A stretch of DNA of 63,595 nt, filler included, from Octopus bimaculoides (GCF_001194135.2; 6 parts of 5 records of this genome joined end to end with filler, not necessarily neighbours in it); one strand, 5' to 3'; numbered from the whole stretch's first letter, positions 39,206-53,801 are shown. Translations and numbers: made by a program. Notes: generated from the sequence alone by a model not told the origin.

Positions 39206-40421
39206 NNNNNNNNNNNNNNNNNNNNNNNNNNNNNNNNNNNNNNNNNNNNNNNNNNNNNNNNNNNNNNNNNNNNNNNNNNNNNNNNNNNNNNNNNNNNNNN
39301 NNNNNNNNNNNNNNNNNNNNNNNNNNNNNNNNNNNNNNNNNNNNNNNNNNNNNNNNNNNNNNNNNNNNNNNNNNNNNNNNNNNNNNNNNNNNNNNNNNNN
39401 NNNNNNNNNNNNNNNNNNNNNNNNNNNNNNNNNNNNNNNNNNNNNNNNNNNNNNNNNNNNNNNNNNNNNNNNNNNNNNNNNNNNNNNNNNNNNNNNNNNN
39501 NNNNNNNNNNNNNNNNNNNNNNNNNNNNNNNNNNNNNNNNNNNNNNNNNNNNNNNNNNNNNNNNNNNNNNNNNNNNNNNNNNNNNNNNNNNNNNNNNNNN
39601 NNNNNNNNNNNNNNNNNNNNNNNNNNNNNNNNNNNNNNNNNNNNNNNNNNNNNNNNNNNNNNNNNNNNNNNNNNNNNNNNNNNNNNNNNNNNNNNNNNNN
39701 NNNNNNNNNNNNNNNNNNNNNNNNNNNNNNNNNNNNNNNNNNNNNNNNNNNNNNNNNNNNNNNNNNNNNNNNNNNNNNNNNNNNNNNNNNNNNNNNNNNN
39801 NNNNNNNNNNNNNNNNNNNNNNNNNNNNNNNNNNNNNNNNNNNNNNNNNNNNNNNNNNNNNNNNNNNNNNNNNNNNNNNNNNNNNNNNNNNNNNNNNNNN
39901 NNNNNNNNNNNNNNNNNNNNNNNNNNNNNNNNNNGATTTTTTTTTTTTTTTTACTTTTGTCTACTGTTGATGGGGTGGGGACGGGGTGTGCTGCAGCGGG
40001 AGCGCTGTTGTAGGTTTTAGTAATTGATGTTTTAGTTGTTGTTGTGGTGGTGGTATGTGGTGGTGGTATGTGGTGGTGGTGGTGGTGGTTGTGGTTACTG
40101 GAAACACTTTTATGGAACAAATATTGATGAAATATCGAGGTGCGAGATTTTGTACTGGTGTTTGTTGTGTATGTTTGTCTGTGTTTGTGCGAGATGAATG
40201 TGTTCGTGCATGTTTGCATGTTTGTGTGTGTGTGTGTATGCATACTTATATACATATACACACACACATATAAATACACACTTACATATATCTATATATG
40301 TGTGAGTGTATATATATAAACACATACATATATACATATATATGTATGTATATATATAAACACATATATATAAATATACATACATACATATATATATGTG
40401 TGTGTGTATATGTATATAAAC

Positions 40422-40502
<81 letters not shown>

Positions 40503-40547
40503 NNNNNNNNNNNNNNNNNNNNNNNNNNNNNNNNNNNNNNNNNNNNN

Positions 40548-40604
<57 letters not shown>

Positions 40605-42663
40605 AACATAGAGTGAGTGTCGGTCTAGAGCGAGAGACAGACAGAGAAATTAGAGGAGGGGCAACGTTATATTTATGGAAGACAGCTGGATAAACCTTGG
40701 ATATTACAACCCCACTCAATTTAACCACTCCACCAAATCCTTGGGTAGCTTTCACTGTTTGCTCGTTTTTGTACAAACATACAGATCAGACCAGACCAGA
40801 TCAAACCAGTACCTGCCTAAACTTCCCCGCCCATATTGATCCTTAATTCTTCACGTTCTTGTGGGACTGATACGGCTGGCCGTCAGTCCGATCAGTCTCA
40901 CTTCTACGTGAGCAGTGAAGCTTTGAAGTTTAACTTTTATTCACACATCTTCTCTTCTGCTTCGTGGCACACGATCGGTTACGACGTCGAGGGTTCCAGT
41001 TGATCCGATCAACAGAACTGCCTGCTCGTGAAATTAACCTGCAAGTAGCTGAGCACTCAACAGACTCGTGTACCCTTAACGTAGTTCTCGGGAAGGTTCA
41101 GCGTGACACACAGTGTGACAAGGCTGGCCCAACAGAAACAGGAAAAAAGAGTGAGAGGAAGTTGTGGTGAAAGAGTACAGCAAGGTTCGTCACCACCCAC
41201 TGCCGGAGCCTCGTGGAGCCTCGTGGAGCCTTGTGTTGGCTGGGTCATTGCAGTGCCGGATAGATTGTTCTGTGATATTTGTCCGATATTCCGGCGTTTT
41301 AAATTGACCAGCTGAAGTCAACTTTCTGTATTTATTTAACCTCAACTAGTTTTAAACGCCCGCCAAATGTTGAATGTCGTGAGAAACCTGCTATGACGAC
41401 ATCAAAATTTGAAAACTTCGCCTATATTTAAATGTGGTGTAATATTATACACTAAGTCATGCATACAACACAAAGTAGCAGTGGCAGCTCGTAGGTAAAA
41501 TTAATTGGGGTGCTGCTTCAGAAAATGTTTAGCCATTGTTTTAATATTATGTAAAAGGGAACAAACATGTAAAAAGAATATTTATACATAAATTTGATCG
41601 GTTCGCGTTTTAGCCACTGCCGGGTAATGTGTTTAATTTGTTCACTGAAAACAGCCGCGAATTCCCCCTTGTTTTTCAAAATCCACCCTAAATCACAAGA
41701 TAAGTGGAGGGGAATGTGCCCTATTTCTCAAATCCTGGTAGCAACACTGAAGCTAAAAGCAGGATAATAATCTAATTCTACACTTTATCACATTCAAGAA
41801 TATTAACATGTTTTTAAGCACAATACACGCGAAGTCAAAAAGAAATACTACCTTTCACCGGCACTGCGGGAATGACAGTACTGTCTCTCCCTAGCATGAA
41901 GCTTCCTATCTCGGACATGTGATTATGCGCACAACAGCCAAACACCGTGTCGCTGGAACTCTGAAGCGCACAGTTCTATACAATGATTTTTGCACTTTTT
42001 TTTCATAAACTAGGGGACGGCTATTGACATTAAGCTTAAGAATTATATAATGTACAAGTATAAAGAAAGATTTAAAGAAAAAAGGGACTCGTTATATTGA
42101 ATGTTATCGATAATATCAAGTAGAAATAGAGAGTGCTGCAGTTCCGCAGCGCCTATATACGAGCCATCACTGCAAAGTAGTGTATTATACTCACTAGTTT
42201 GACTGTGCGAAGTACTGATTGTAAGTCTATTTTTCACAACATTTACTATGTGAATAGGTGAAGGATGTTTGTATTACCTCAAACCTAGTGGTGATTATTT
42301 TGAAGAAGACTAGCATTTAGCACCCCGCGTCCATTCTCTCCTGTTCACACCAATGGAGTTTACCAAATGAAAAAGCCGCTGACAGCGCCGAAGGGAGCCG
42401 ATATTACTTGGCACTAATGGTTTCAGAACGTGAAGAGACACAACAGATAACGCGAGGCATCTCGTCCAATCTGCCAACCATTTCTTGAATTCATCTACTG
42501 GGTCGCGTAGTTACTTTTATCGACCTCGTTAGGGTAAAAGGCAATGTGGAGCTCGGAGAGATTAGAACTCAAGGCACGGGATGTACAAAAAATTGCGCTA
42601 GGAAATCTCAGGATTTTTACAATTTACCGCCTTATATATATTTCCTTGTTTCTTTCTGTGTCC

Positions 42664-42699
42664 CTTTCTGTGGAAGAGCGTAGGCTCGAAAGGTTAAAG
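42664..42699 (+). ncRNA. Minimal hammerhead-like motif, CUGUGGA variant, in PLE pLTR
   Basis: CTTT-CTGTGGA-A-GAGC-GTAG-GCTC-GAAA-G-GTT-AAAG; the downstream ~80 bp is homologous to sequence after 45130 and 59007. Confidence 0.55.
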
Positions 42700-44219
42700 A
42701 CTTTTTGACTTCCCGAGTGTTGAACTAATACATCAGTTTGTTGTCTACACCACGTGTCTTCGTCTTTTTTTAGTGAATTCTCCCTATACACACACACACA
42801 CACACACANNNNNNNNNNNNNNNNNNNNNNNNNNNNNNNNNNNNNNNNNNNNNNNNNNNNNNNNNNNNNNNNNNNNNNNNNNNNNNNNNNNNNNNNNNNN
42901 NNNNNNNNNNNNNNNNNNNNNNNNNNNNNNNNNNNNNNNNNNNNNNNNNNNNNNNNNNNNNNNNNNNNNNNNNNNNNNNNNATATATATATATATATATA
43001 TATACACACGACGGGCTCCAAGTTTCCATCAACCGAATCCACGCAGAAGGGTTTGATCGACCTGTAGCTATAGCAGAAGACGTCCAAGCTGCCACGCACT
43101 GGGACTGAACCCAGAAGTATGTGGTTGGTAGGCAAGCTGCTTACCACACAGCCACGCCTGCGCCTACGCACACACGCACACACACACGCGGGCTCTGGTT
43201 GATCTAACGCTATAGTTGAAGACACTTCCCTAGGGTGCCATGCAGTCGGACTGAACCCAAAACAATGTGGTTATGAAGCAAGCTTCTTACCACATAGCTA
43301 TCTATAATATTGTAATAACAGTGGTTCCTTTATTCTCGTTAATATATCTACCGTTACACTATAATCTGCCCAGTCCATGCAATAATCATAATAAGAATTA
43401 CATTATGGATTGCATTTCTCATGCAATAATAATTACACCGAAGAGTAACAAGGTCACATTGTAATAATGATGATTGCATCAAAGTATAACTGACTCACAT
43501 AATAACTGCTGTAATAATTATAGAATAACATACACAAACCCTGGTAGCGTCATAGTAATGATTACACCATAACATTTCTAGCTCCTACAATAATATTAAT
43601 AATCTTTTCTACTTTAGGCAAAAGGTCCGAAATTTTGGAGGAGGAAACCAGTCGATTACATCGACCCCAGTACGCAACTGGTACTTAATTTATCGACCAC
43701 GAAAAGCAAAGTCGACCTCGGTGGAATTTGAATTCAGATCGTAAAGACTGATGAGATGCCGCTAAGCATTTCGCCCGGCGTGCTGAAGTTTCTGCCAGCT
43801 TACCGCCTTGCAATAATATTAATAACAATAATGATGACAAGTCCTACTCTTCCTCATAATGATGACATATGAACAAGTAGTTAAAACATTCGGCTGATTT
43901 CCAGAAAGACGTGCGTTCAATTCATACTGTTGGCGGATATTTCAGTGCTTGGAATATAGAATCTTTTATTTCACATAACTTCTTCTCTGCGTTTACAAAC
44001 GTACAAAGAGCGATTCCAACAAAGATAACGTACATTTATTAAAATGATATATACATAAGCGCAGGCGTGGCTGCGCGGTAAGAAGCTTGCTTCTCAACCA
44101 CATGGTTCCGGGTTCAGTTCCACTGCGTGGCAACTTGGGTAAGTGCCTTCTACTATAACCTCGGGCCAAGCAAAGCCTCGTTAGTGGATTTGTTAGACGG
44201 GAACTGAAAGAAGCCTGTA

Positions 44220-44250
<31 letters not shown>

Positions 44251-44559
44251 NNNNNNNNNNNNNNNNNNNNNNNNNNNNNNNNNNNNNNNNNNNNNNNNNN
44301 NNNNNNNNNNNNNNNNNNNNNNNNNNNNNNNNNNNNNNNNNNNNNNNNNNNNNNNNNNNNNNNNNNNNNNNNNNNNNNNNNNNNNNNNNNNNNNNNNNNN
44401 NNNNNNNNNNNNNNNNNNNNNNNNNNNNNNNNNNNNNNNNNNNNNNNNNNNNNNNNNNNNNNNNNNNNNNNNNNNNNNNNNNNNNNNNNNNCGACTAAAA
44501 AGCCGTGCTCCAGCATGACCACGGTCAAAATGCCTGAAACAGGTAAAAGAATATATATA

Positions 44560-45200
44560 TTTATTTACATAAAGGAATACAGAAGATGGGACAAGAACGC
44601 AAAACACCCAGACAGTTAGGTGATACAAAAAAGGGACAACAAAGCATCCAGATGGACGATACAAAGAAAACATGGACGATTCATTCGGAGTTTTCTTTCC
44701 TCGGTCGAGTTCCAGATTCAGATTATCTTTGCAATTTCGGCTGGTTATACTCGAGATTGCTCCAATCTGGCCAGCACCAAGGAAAAACTTAGCTAAGAGC
44801 ATTAGATTCCTTGGAAGAAAGCAGTGAATGTATACGAAAACAAGGACGGAAAAAAAAACGGAGAAATGGTACACAAATGCAAATAACAGGACAACAACAA
44901 CAGGTGTCTTTCGAATAAGGACGAAGAAATCCAATGAAAAATGTGAAGATAGACTCCGTAGATCTAGAGGTAATCCGAGTAGAGTGCTGGTATGTGGATG
45001 AGGAGAGGTACTGAAGGTTGGGGAAGTGGTTCAGATATGCAAGTCCAAAGAGTAGGAATTTCAATCAGGATCAAACTGTTTAGTTTTTCTTCTTCCTTTC
45101 TGTTGAAGAACGGACGCGCGAAACGTAAAACACTTTTTCATTTTTCCAGAGCGTCAAGCTAATACACTTGCTTGTTGTTCATACACCTGTCTACGCCTTT
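44560..45200 (+). mobile_element. PLE-associated repeat ending in a CUGUUGA hammerhead-like motif (45096-45130)
   Basis: CTTT-CTGTTGA-A-GAACGGACGCGC-GAAA-C-GTA-AAA and the pLTR tail shared with 42664 and 58971. Confidence 0.45.
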
Positions 45201-45241
45201 TGTCATTCAACAAATATCAACNNNNNNNNNNATGTACATGA

Positions 45242-45279
<38 letters not shown>

Positions 45280-45758
45280 TTGTAGAAACCGACGCAAATA
45301 TTGACTTATGTGCGTGAGATATGGTCAGGTGTTGTCTATCTTGTCTAATTGTGTGTGTATGTGTACCATATGAACATATATATGTAAAAGTATAGAATAT
45401 GAGAACATTGTGCGTTTGTATATCACATATTATATGGTATCTACGTATGTATGCATATATGTATATAAATATATGCATGCGTATATATATATATAGACAC
45501 AAAATCAGAATGAAAAAAACCTCGGATTGAAACTGAAAGTAATATTTATGTATTAAATATGTTGGTCTGTGCGCGCGCGTGTGTAAATATTTATGTGTGT
45601 GCATGTGTTGTAAGAAACGCAAAACTTTGGAATTATCCAACTAATATTACCCCCTACTCATTATAGGGGGTGCTCTCTTTCTTTTCACATTAATTTTGGG
45701 ATATACGTGCATCCATACTTCAATATTATTATTATATATCTCTCTATATATATATATA

Positions 45759-45830
<72 letters not shown>

Positions 45831-46053
45831 CATACACACACATATATATATATGCACAAAAATATATATACCAATACTTACGCGGGAATGTTGCGGGAAA
45901 TTTATTATGTTATACAATGTTTGATTTCATAAGCCAGTCTAGAAATATGTATATACATATACACACTAGCAGCTTTGTGCAAATATATATTCTCACACTA
46001 CACTAAAGTATGTATAATATATATACTCACAAACCATTGACACACATTACATG

Positions 46054-46094
<41 letters not shown>

Positions 46095-46194
46095 NNNNNN
46101 NNNNNNNNNNNNNNNNNNNNNNNNNNNNNNNNNNNNNNTTAATTAATTAANNNNNNNNNNNNNNNNNNNNNNNNNNNNNNNNNNNNNNNNNNNN

Positions 46195-46263
<69 letters not shown>

Positions 46264-46778
46264 ATATGTATACACACACACGCATAATTCGAATTTAGAG
46301 TGTGCTTTTTCGGATATACGATCCAATAACGATACTGCATGAGTTTCCCTGGGGTTTTAACTAAAGATCTGTACCTTCATGGAAATACCGACCAACTTCC
46401 ATATCAAAGATGAGTTGTGAACATTATTCTCCTACCTATATTCCTCTAACTACTTTTAATCTTTATTCTTCTATTTTACTCCTTTATTCTTCCATTTTAA
46501 TTCCTATAAACTCTGAATTTTATTCCTTCTAAACTGTAAGGTTTTCCAAGTGTAAAATATTCATACCTTCTCTCTGATGACGGGATATCCAGTGCATAGA
46601 CATGCTAACCTAAAACTTGGGTTATTCCAGAAACATCTGTAAGACTTTTAATTCACCTTACCATAGTGAAATTATTCTAAATAGCTTGAGATATTCGTTC
46701 TGCTTTGGTTTTTATTTTTCTTATATAACCGAAATCTAACAAGACTATTTAAGCATTTTATCTGGTCAAATTCATCCT

Positions 46779-47166
46779 ATGGTTGCAGAGCTGCTTCTGG
46801 GGGGAAACGCAATCTTTCGGGATGATAATGCAACAATTCACGCAGCTAAAGTTGTTACTGAATGGCACGAGGAATATTGTAGTGAAGTTGAACATCTTAT
46901 CTGGCCATTACAGTCCCAAGATCTCAATGTTATTGAACATTTATTGCGCATTTTAGAAAAACAAATAAGGAGTCGATATCCTCTATCATCATCACTGTTT
47001 TAGCTGAAGAATGGACAAAAATTCCTTTAGAAACAATTAAAACTTTGTACGAGTCCATACCTCGAAGAATTCAAGCTGTAATTACTGCCAAAGGTGGTCC
47101 TATCCCCATATTAAAATAAATTTGTTTGAAATCTTAAGGGGTTTCCATTATTTTGTCCAACCCCTG
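46779..47166 (+). mobile_element. Tc1-like transposase pseudogene, 3' half with TIR
   Basis: IFRDDNATIH...WPLQSQDLNVIEHL...LAEEWTKIPLETIKTLYESIPRRIQAVITAKGGPIPY*; TIR ..CCATTATTTTGTCCAACCCCTG then TA (47167-47168). Confidence 0.92.
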
Positions 47167-47170
47167 TATG

Positions 47171-47201
<31 letters not shown>

Positions 47202-48332
47202 NNNNNNNNNNNNNNNNNNNNNNNNNNNNNNNNNNNNNNNNNNNNNNNNNNNNNNNNNNNNNNNNNNNNNNNNNNNNNNNNNNNNNNNNNNNNNNNNNNN
47301 NNNNNNNNNNNNNNNNNNNNNNNNNNNNNNNNNNNNNNNNNNNNNNNNNNNNNNNNNNNNNNNNNNNNNNNNNNNNNNNNNNNNNNNNNNNNNNNNNNNN
47401 NNNNNNNNNNNNNNNNNNNNNNNNNNNNNNNNNNNNNNNNNNNNNNNNNNNNNNNNNNNNNNNNNNNNNNNNNNNNNNNNNNNNNNNNNNNNNNNNNNNN
47501 NNNNNNNNNNNNNNNNNNNNNNNNNNNNNNNNNNNNNNNNNNNNNNNNNNNNNNNNNNNNNNNNNNACAGCATGCTTATATGGCATGCCTTGTGGTTGCA
47601 AGCAGTATTTCACACTCATAAATTTCTGGCGTTTCTGTATATATTTTTTTTAATTGAAATGTGAAACGACACACCTCATTTTGAAAACACAAGAAAAGAC
47701 GAGAGTGAAATCAAAGCAAAATGCGGAATGAGGAAATATGAGAAAAGAAAAAAAAAAAGAAATGAAAATCGATAGTTGCGTCCCCTTGCCCATTCAAATC
47801 AGAATTTATGTTTACGTGGAGAAGAAGAAAACAGGATGAAGCTTTTTTTTGATCCCACAAGTAATGAAACATTAACTTATATGAGACGGTGTTTATATGT
47901 ATGTCATTATTCAGTCTATTTCAAGATTCCTTGCCAATAGAGAAAAAACCGGCTTCTAACAGAGCATCTTGTTTAAATTCCTTCTCTTCACTATGTATGT
48001 ATGTATGTATGTATGTACGTATGCATGCATGTATGTACTTACGAGTGTAGCGTGACTTGCCAGTCAGCTGGCGGCCTGACAAGGTATGGTAAAACACATA
48101 CAGTCACAAATGAGCCGGTGATGCCCGCTGCATGACTCACGACCGTAAGGCAGTGAGTTCGTAGCAGCGACGCGTAGTGTCCTTGGGTAAGGCACTTTAT
48201 TTCACATTGTTCCAGTCGACTCACCTGCCAAAAATGAGAAGTTCCCGTAGTTTAGTCCGCCAGCCTTGCCACATTCTGTGTCCCACTGAAATTGTTTGAA
48301 AACTACGTTGAGGGTACACATATCCGTAGAAT

Positions 48333-48608
48333 TGTTATGTCGTGCGTGTACATGTCAGTTGTAAAATAGTATTACCCAAAATAAATATTTGAATGTGGTT
48401 ATCTAAAACAACCCCTCACAGAATGTTCACACAGAACGCACACCGTACTACTAGAGCATAGGTAGGATATTAAACCAACACACGTCGTACTAACTCAGTA
48501 ATGAATAAAGCCGGCCAACAGTCAACTCACAGTTCACAGTTCTTTGTTTATCGAAATCCTCCAGTCCGCTTTCAGTCACGTGGGGGTGTACAAGATCTTC
48601 CCATGACA
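48333..48608 (+). mobile_element. Solo LTR (276 bp) inserted in a family C SINE
   Basis: TGTTAT...ATGACA termini, 5-bp TSD AGAAT (48328-48332 and 48609-48613), AATAAA at 48504-48509; SINE sequence resumes collinearly on both sides. Confidence 0.8.
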
Positions 48609-48974
48609 AGAATGCCCAACTATTTGCAAATTAATTTCATGAGAAGGCTGTTCCGTTGATCGGATCAACTGAAACCCACGTAGTCGTAGCCGACGGAGTG
48701 CAAGTTATGTATCCATCTGACTGCATCACTGTCTAGTAAAGTGTATTTTATGTTATTATACACCGCTGTTCACAATGCCTTTTTTCAAAGTGTTATGACT
48801 TGCTCATTCCGTCAGTTCCTTGTGTAGGACTGCTAATTTGGTGGACATAAACAAACCAACGTCTGTTATCAGTGGTGGGAACAAATATATTCATTAAGTT
48901 GTGTGGTAAGAAGTTCGCTTCTCTATCACATCTATCGATGTTCTGTCTCACTACATCACACCTTGAGCTAACTA

Positions 48975-49424
48975 ATCTGCACATCTGATAACTCACGGAT
49001 GGTTTTTCAACGATTTCCGCTCACAGCTGCACGCACATCGATGCTTTACTTAGTCCTAATGGTTGCAAGTTTCCCATAACGTTCGTAAATATCGACATTT
49101 TTTCGGCCATTTGGAAACGTCTGAACCACTTGTACACTTGTTTGCGGCTCATACACACCTCTCCATACACTTTCTGGAACATTGCATAGGCCTCTGAGCA
49201 TGCATTACCATGACAACTTCGTCTTTTATGGTCAATGCGACGATCACACGCTACACACCTTTCTTTCAAGCACAGATTTAAACAGCGAAAGTGAGATAAG
49301 AGCGTTAAAACTTAGTACGCATACACAGCAGATTTCAAAGTCAATCATTACCAATCGGCTTCACTCTACATGCTTTAGCTTCGTTACTCTGACAGCAGGC
49401 CTGATACTTATTGATCAGTTCTCG
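48975..49424 (-). mobile_element. mariner transposon 5' end with TIR and HTH-coding remnant
   Basis: TA|CGAGAACTGATCAATAAGTATC TIR; SEAYAMFQKVYGEVCMSRKQVYKWFRRFQ is the mariner N-terminal HTH. Confidence 0.85.
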
Positions 49425-50763
49425 TATTTTACCAATTCTCGTCAGGCCAGCAACTACTTCGCAGATTAAGCCACACTCATTACAAATGTTGCGCGGGGCT
49501 GTTTGATTTCTCCTCGTTACATGTGTATTCAGGTGATTGACTCTTCCGTCTCTTGAGAGAAGAAAACGTCCACTCATATTGCATTTCTATTCCTGATGGA
49601 TTTCTGCAAGGATCGTACTTGAGTCTTGCTTACAGATTGAACGCTTCAGAGTAGTGGATTCTATTCGCTGTAGCTCATAAATATCATAGCTATTCTTGAT
49701 AATCTTTCTCCAAGTTGTACGGTTTTCAGCCAATATCTCCAAGTTACTTACAATTACCTCCAAAAACTTTAAGATTGCTTTTTATAACATCCTTAAATCG
49801 CTTCTTTGGTTTATGCTATGACCTCTTCCCCTCTGGTCAGCTCCCCATATAAATCTACTTAGGCATATTTCCATCTTCCATTCTCACATAACCAGAACAA
49901 TGTATCTGCTTTAACATTATTCTTTCCTCAAAACAGATGTTGCCTGCTTTCTCAAGTATAAATTCATTATGTCTATATACATGTGTATATTTATGTACGT
50001 GTGTATATGTTTTCATTGGGATTTATAATAATTTTATTTTCCTTTGTAAAAGTCAAATCTGGAGAATAAACAACTGACAAAATTCATTCGTTTTAAACAG
50101 GTGTTTGGATTGTGTGGTCGCCTGAATTGGTTGATGTGTGTATATGCTTATTTGTTCTCATGAATAATATGCATTTCTGTGGTGAATACGCCTTTTACTT
50201 TCTTATACTGTTGTGCGTGCATCACACTTTTTACACTTTAGTATACAAGTGTTTGTGTTTCACTCTTATGATTGCTTTTTCAATGTATTTCTTGTATATA
50301 TGAGGATGTGTGCAAATCTCTGGCCCGTGAAATTCACATGGGGTTTCACTTGAACATTTTTCATATGTTTACCTTGAGGAACTTATATGGAGAATCTCTG
50401 GAAAGTCTTGCAAATTTTTTACAGTATCTAGTATTTTTGGAACAATCTCCTGCTTCTGGATATTATAGCAAAGATACAGCTTTCTAGGTAAAACGTGATG
50501 TACTCACTGCTGGTTTCGGAGAATAATAGATTTGTCAATGTCTTTTGCGACTGAATAATTTCATTCATTCCTATAATTGAATAATTTCTTTCATTCAAAG
50601 GGCTGGCCTTGTCACGCTGAGTCTCCCTGAGAACTACGTTAGGGGTACACTTGGCTGTGGATTGCTCAGCCACATTCACGTTAATTTCATGAGTAGCCTG
50701 TTCCGTCGATCGTATCAGCTGGGACCCTCGTCGTCGTAACCGACGGAGTGCTCCTGTATATAT

Positions 50764-50795
<32 letters not shown>

Positions 50796-52320
50796 NNNNN
50801 NNNNNNNNNNNNNNNNNNNNNNNNNNNNNNNNNNNNNTATACATGAGTGTATATATGCATGTATGTATGTATGCATGTATGTATGTATGAATGTGTGTGT
50901 ATGTGGGTGTATGTGGGTGTATGTGTGTATCTATGCAGAACAATCACTTAATATTCGTTTGGAACATTATCATAAATGTATTTGGCTAAGTAACATCGGA
51001 ATAGGTAAGGTCTTCCAAGAACTAATTCGCATAATACAGATAATATCATTCCGTGGCTTCGTAAATATACCAGAGATTCTCCATTTGAGGGCCTCAACTG
51101 AACACATTCTTAAAACTGCATGTGCTTATAGAACATGCTTACATACTCATACACATCAAACAATTCACAAAGTTCTGTTGATGTCCTGACTTAAACAAGG
51201 ACATAAAATGATATGATAAAATGATATGATATAAATAGAACGAAAATCTTATCGATTCTATCGATTCTACATTATTTTACACTTACAAAATATTGAAATT
51301 AGGAGGAGATTACTTAAAGGTGATTTATAAAGCATATGAAAATAAATATATTAAAAGTATTTTATTGCCCTTTTTCCATACATTTTAACAAAAAGATCCT
51401 CAAAATCAAAGTACAAAGTACATGGTTGTAAATGTAATAACAAATAATGTTCACTGTTCTGGAAGAAAATTATATCATATTTTCGTCAGATATCGTTGTG
51501 TTTTCCTTGATAAAATTGCGTGAAATATCACTAAGTATGAAGCATCTGGGAACAAAACAGGGAGCACATTGTTTGTCATAGCACCTAGGTAACAAGGCTA
51601 GCGGTCTTTATTGAAATCATGATTACACAAATGTATCAAGTTGAAACGTTTGTTAATATTGTTGCAAAATATATCGTTTTGAAAACTGTTTTCCTCATAC
51701 TTCTTTAATGATCGTAAATTCTAGATAACCATGTGAACAATTTAAAACAGAAAATTTGAAGAGGTTAGAAGTTTGTTTTAGAAGTATTATTTTACCGAAA
51801 TTATTATTATGATGGTTAAAAAAGTGACTTTGTGAAACATGGTGCTAACTATAACAAAACTTTTCAGCTGAGACAAAATGCACACAAGTTCAGCAGGAGA
51901 GCTACATTCTTCATGTGTTCGTTTTGATAACGAGGACAGCACTTTCCTGAAAAGTGAAAAAGATTGAAAATAAAACAATGAATAGGCACAGAGATTCATG
52001 ACTAAAGAGTTTAGGCTTCTCCAAAATAATCTTCTAATGTGATAGCGATGAAACATTTTAGTCTGCGTATGACGAAACTATTCACAGGAGTCTTGTAGAC
52101 AGGATATTTTGTCTCTGCTCCTTATATTAACAAGTTAAAAGGAAACATTTCATTAGTTATTTTGACTACACATGATTTCTCTCTAACACTGAGTGTTCCT
52201 AACTCTTTGAATATTAAGTGATTTTGACAATGAAATATAGAACTTCTGACAGCGTAACAGATTCTTTCACACTTTTCTTTCCGTAAATAATATATGTTCA
52301 TGTTATGTAGGATGGTATAC

Positions 52321-52585
52321 CTGAGACATTTGGCTACTATTGGTAGGAAACCAGGGCAAATAACAACATTGATATTATCGCATTGACTGACGAAGTGATG
52401 GAGTGCCCAAGAGATATAGTGCAAAGCTGTGGAAGAGAAAGTGTGTGTTGAATCAATGAATTAGGGGACCTTACCTTGCCTTTGTCGTCTTTCAAAGTAA
52501 TTGTTGAGGCCATGGCCATTGTAGCCCATTCAGCGACAGAAGATACAATGCCACCTTGACCAGCACCGTGTTTTGATCCCCAAAT
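52321..52585 (-). CDS. Candidate exons of an unidentified minus-strand gene (52585-52475; 52426-52321)
   Basis: Pyrimidine-rich acceptor CCATCTTTAG|, 111 nt open in phase 0 (IWGSKHGAGQGGIVSSVAEWATMAMASTITLKDDKGK), donor AAG|GTAAGG; second acceptor CTTCCACAG| after only 48 nt; protein not recognised. Confidence 0.35.
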
Positions 52586-52855
52586 CTAAAGATGGATATA
52601 AAAGAATTAATTATAATAACATCATTAACAAAAATCAGAAATATGAACACGAGGTTTAGTCGATTACACGGACTCCAGTTCTTCATTTGTACTTTATTTT
52701 ATAAACAAGAAGTGGTGGACGGAAAAGTTGAATGCGGGAAGATTTGAAAATGCGANNNNNNNNNNNNNNNNNNNNNNNNNNNNNNNNNNNNNNNNNNNNT
52801 TAATTAATTAANNNNNNNNNNNNNNNNNNNNNNNNNNNNNNNNNNNNNNNNNNNN

Positions 52856-52893
<38 letters not shown>

Positions 52894-53755
52894 CATACTG
52901 AAAATTATAAATCATTCGTAACTGCAACATAAATTTATGAAGTGGAGGAGTAAATACAAAGAAAATAACCTTTGTAAGAATATAAAAGTAAAGATGCATA
53001 ATCTTATCTAGTTGCTAGCCTTTGCTTCAAAAAGTTTATTTCAAGAACAACATTTCTCATCGAGTGATGAAACAGAATTATTGTGTGACCAGCAGTCAGA
53101 GGAGTTAAATATAAAATTGCCCGGAGCGAACAAATGTGCGGAAAAACAAGTTCTTTTATACCCAAATAGACTTTCTGAGTTCATGGATCAAATGTTCCGT
53201 TATCCCTTCACATAAACATAAGGATAACACTAATAACACGACCGCAACAACATGATAAAGTTGAGAAGAATATGAACGAATTGTGCTAAGACATACAGGC
53301 AATGTTCATAGAATTTGGTACAGACGTAATTCATGCAGGGTATTGGTTTTTATTTACCTGTGTCTTTTAAATTTACATTGCAATTTTTTCTTTTATGAAA
53401 GCGTCATTTTATTACAAAACATATTTGCACAGGTAGGTCAAAAAGAACAGGACTGATACCTACTCAGTGTGTAATGATGCGTAGAATACTACAGAAATAT
53501 ACACAAATATTTAAGACGTTGATATGCTTATCGATGTTAATATTTGCTTTCTATGAGTTTAATGTAAATGTAAAGAAATGTATTTAAGTAAAAAAAAAAA
53601 AAAAAGAATGCATGTCATTACTGTTGTTTTGTTTTGTCTTTCAACTTGCATATATTTGTTGCATGTTTATATTATGACTAAAGGTTTTCCAATTTTATAT
53701 TCCTCTTTCTCAAACACGCAGATATATTTCATGCATAAATACATGTACACCTACG

Positions 53756-53801
<46 letters not shown>

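Noticed and set aside
40680-40760. Minus-strand exon VKATQGFGGVVKLSGVVISK
   Set aside because: Weak acceptor and donor, isolated, no recognisable family
42043-42237. GIY-YIG-like ORF (TLLCSDGSYIGAAE)
   Set aside because: Only a faint motif; at most a further PLE relic, with no supporting downstream RxxEH motif
50387-51085. 15-bp inverted match CCAGAGATTCTCCAT (50387-50401 and 51071-51085)
   Set aside because: I could not extend it into a longer inverted repeat; too short to interpret
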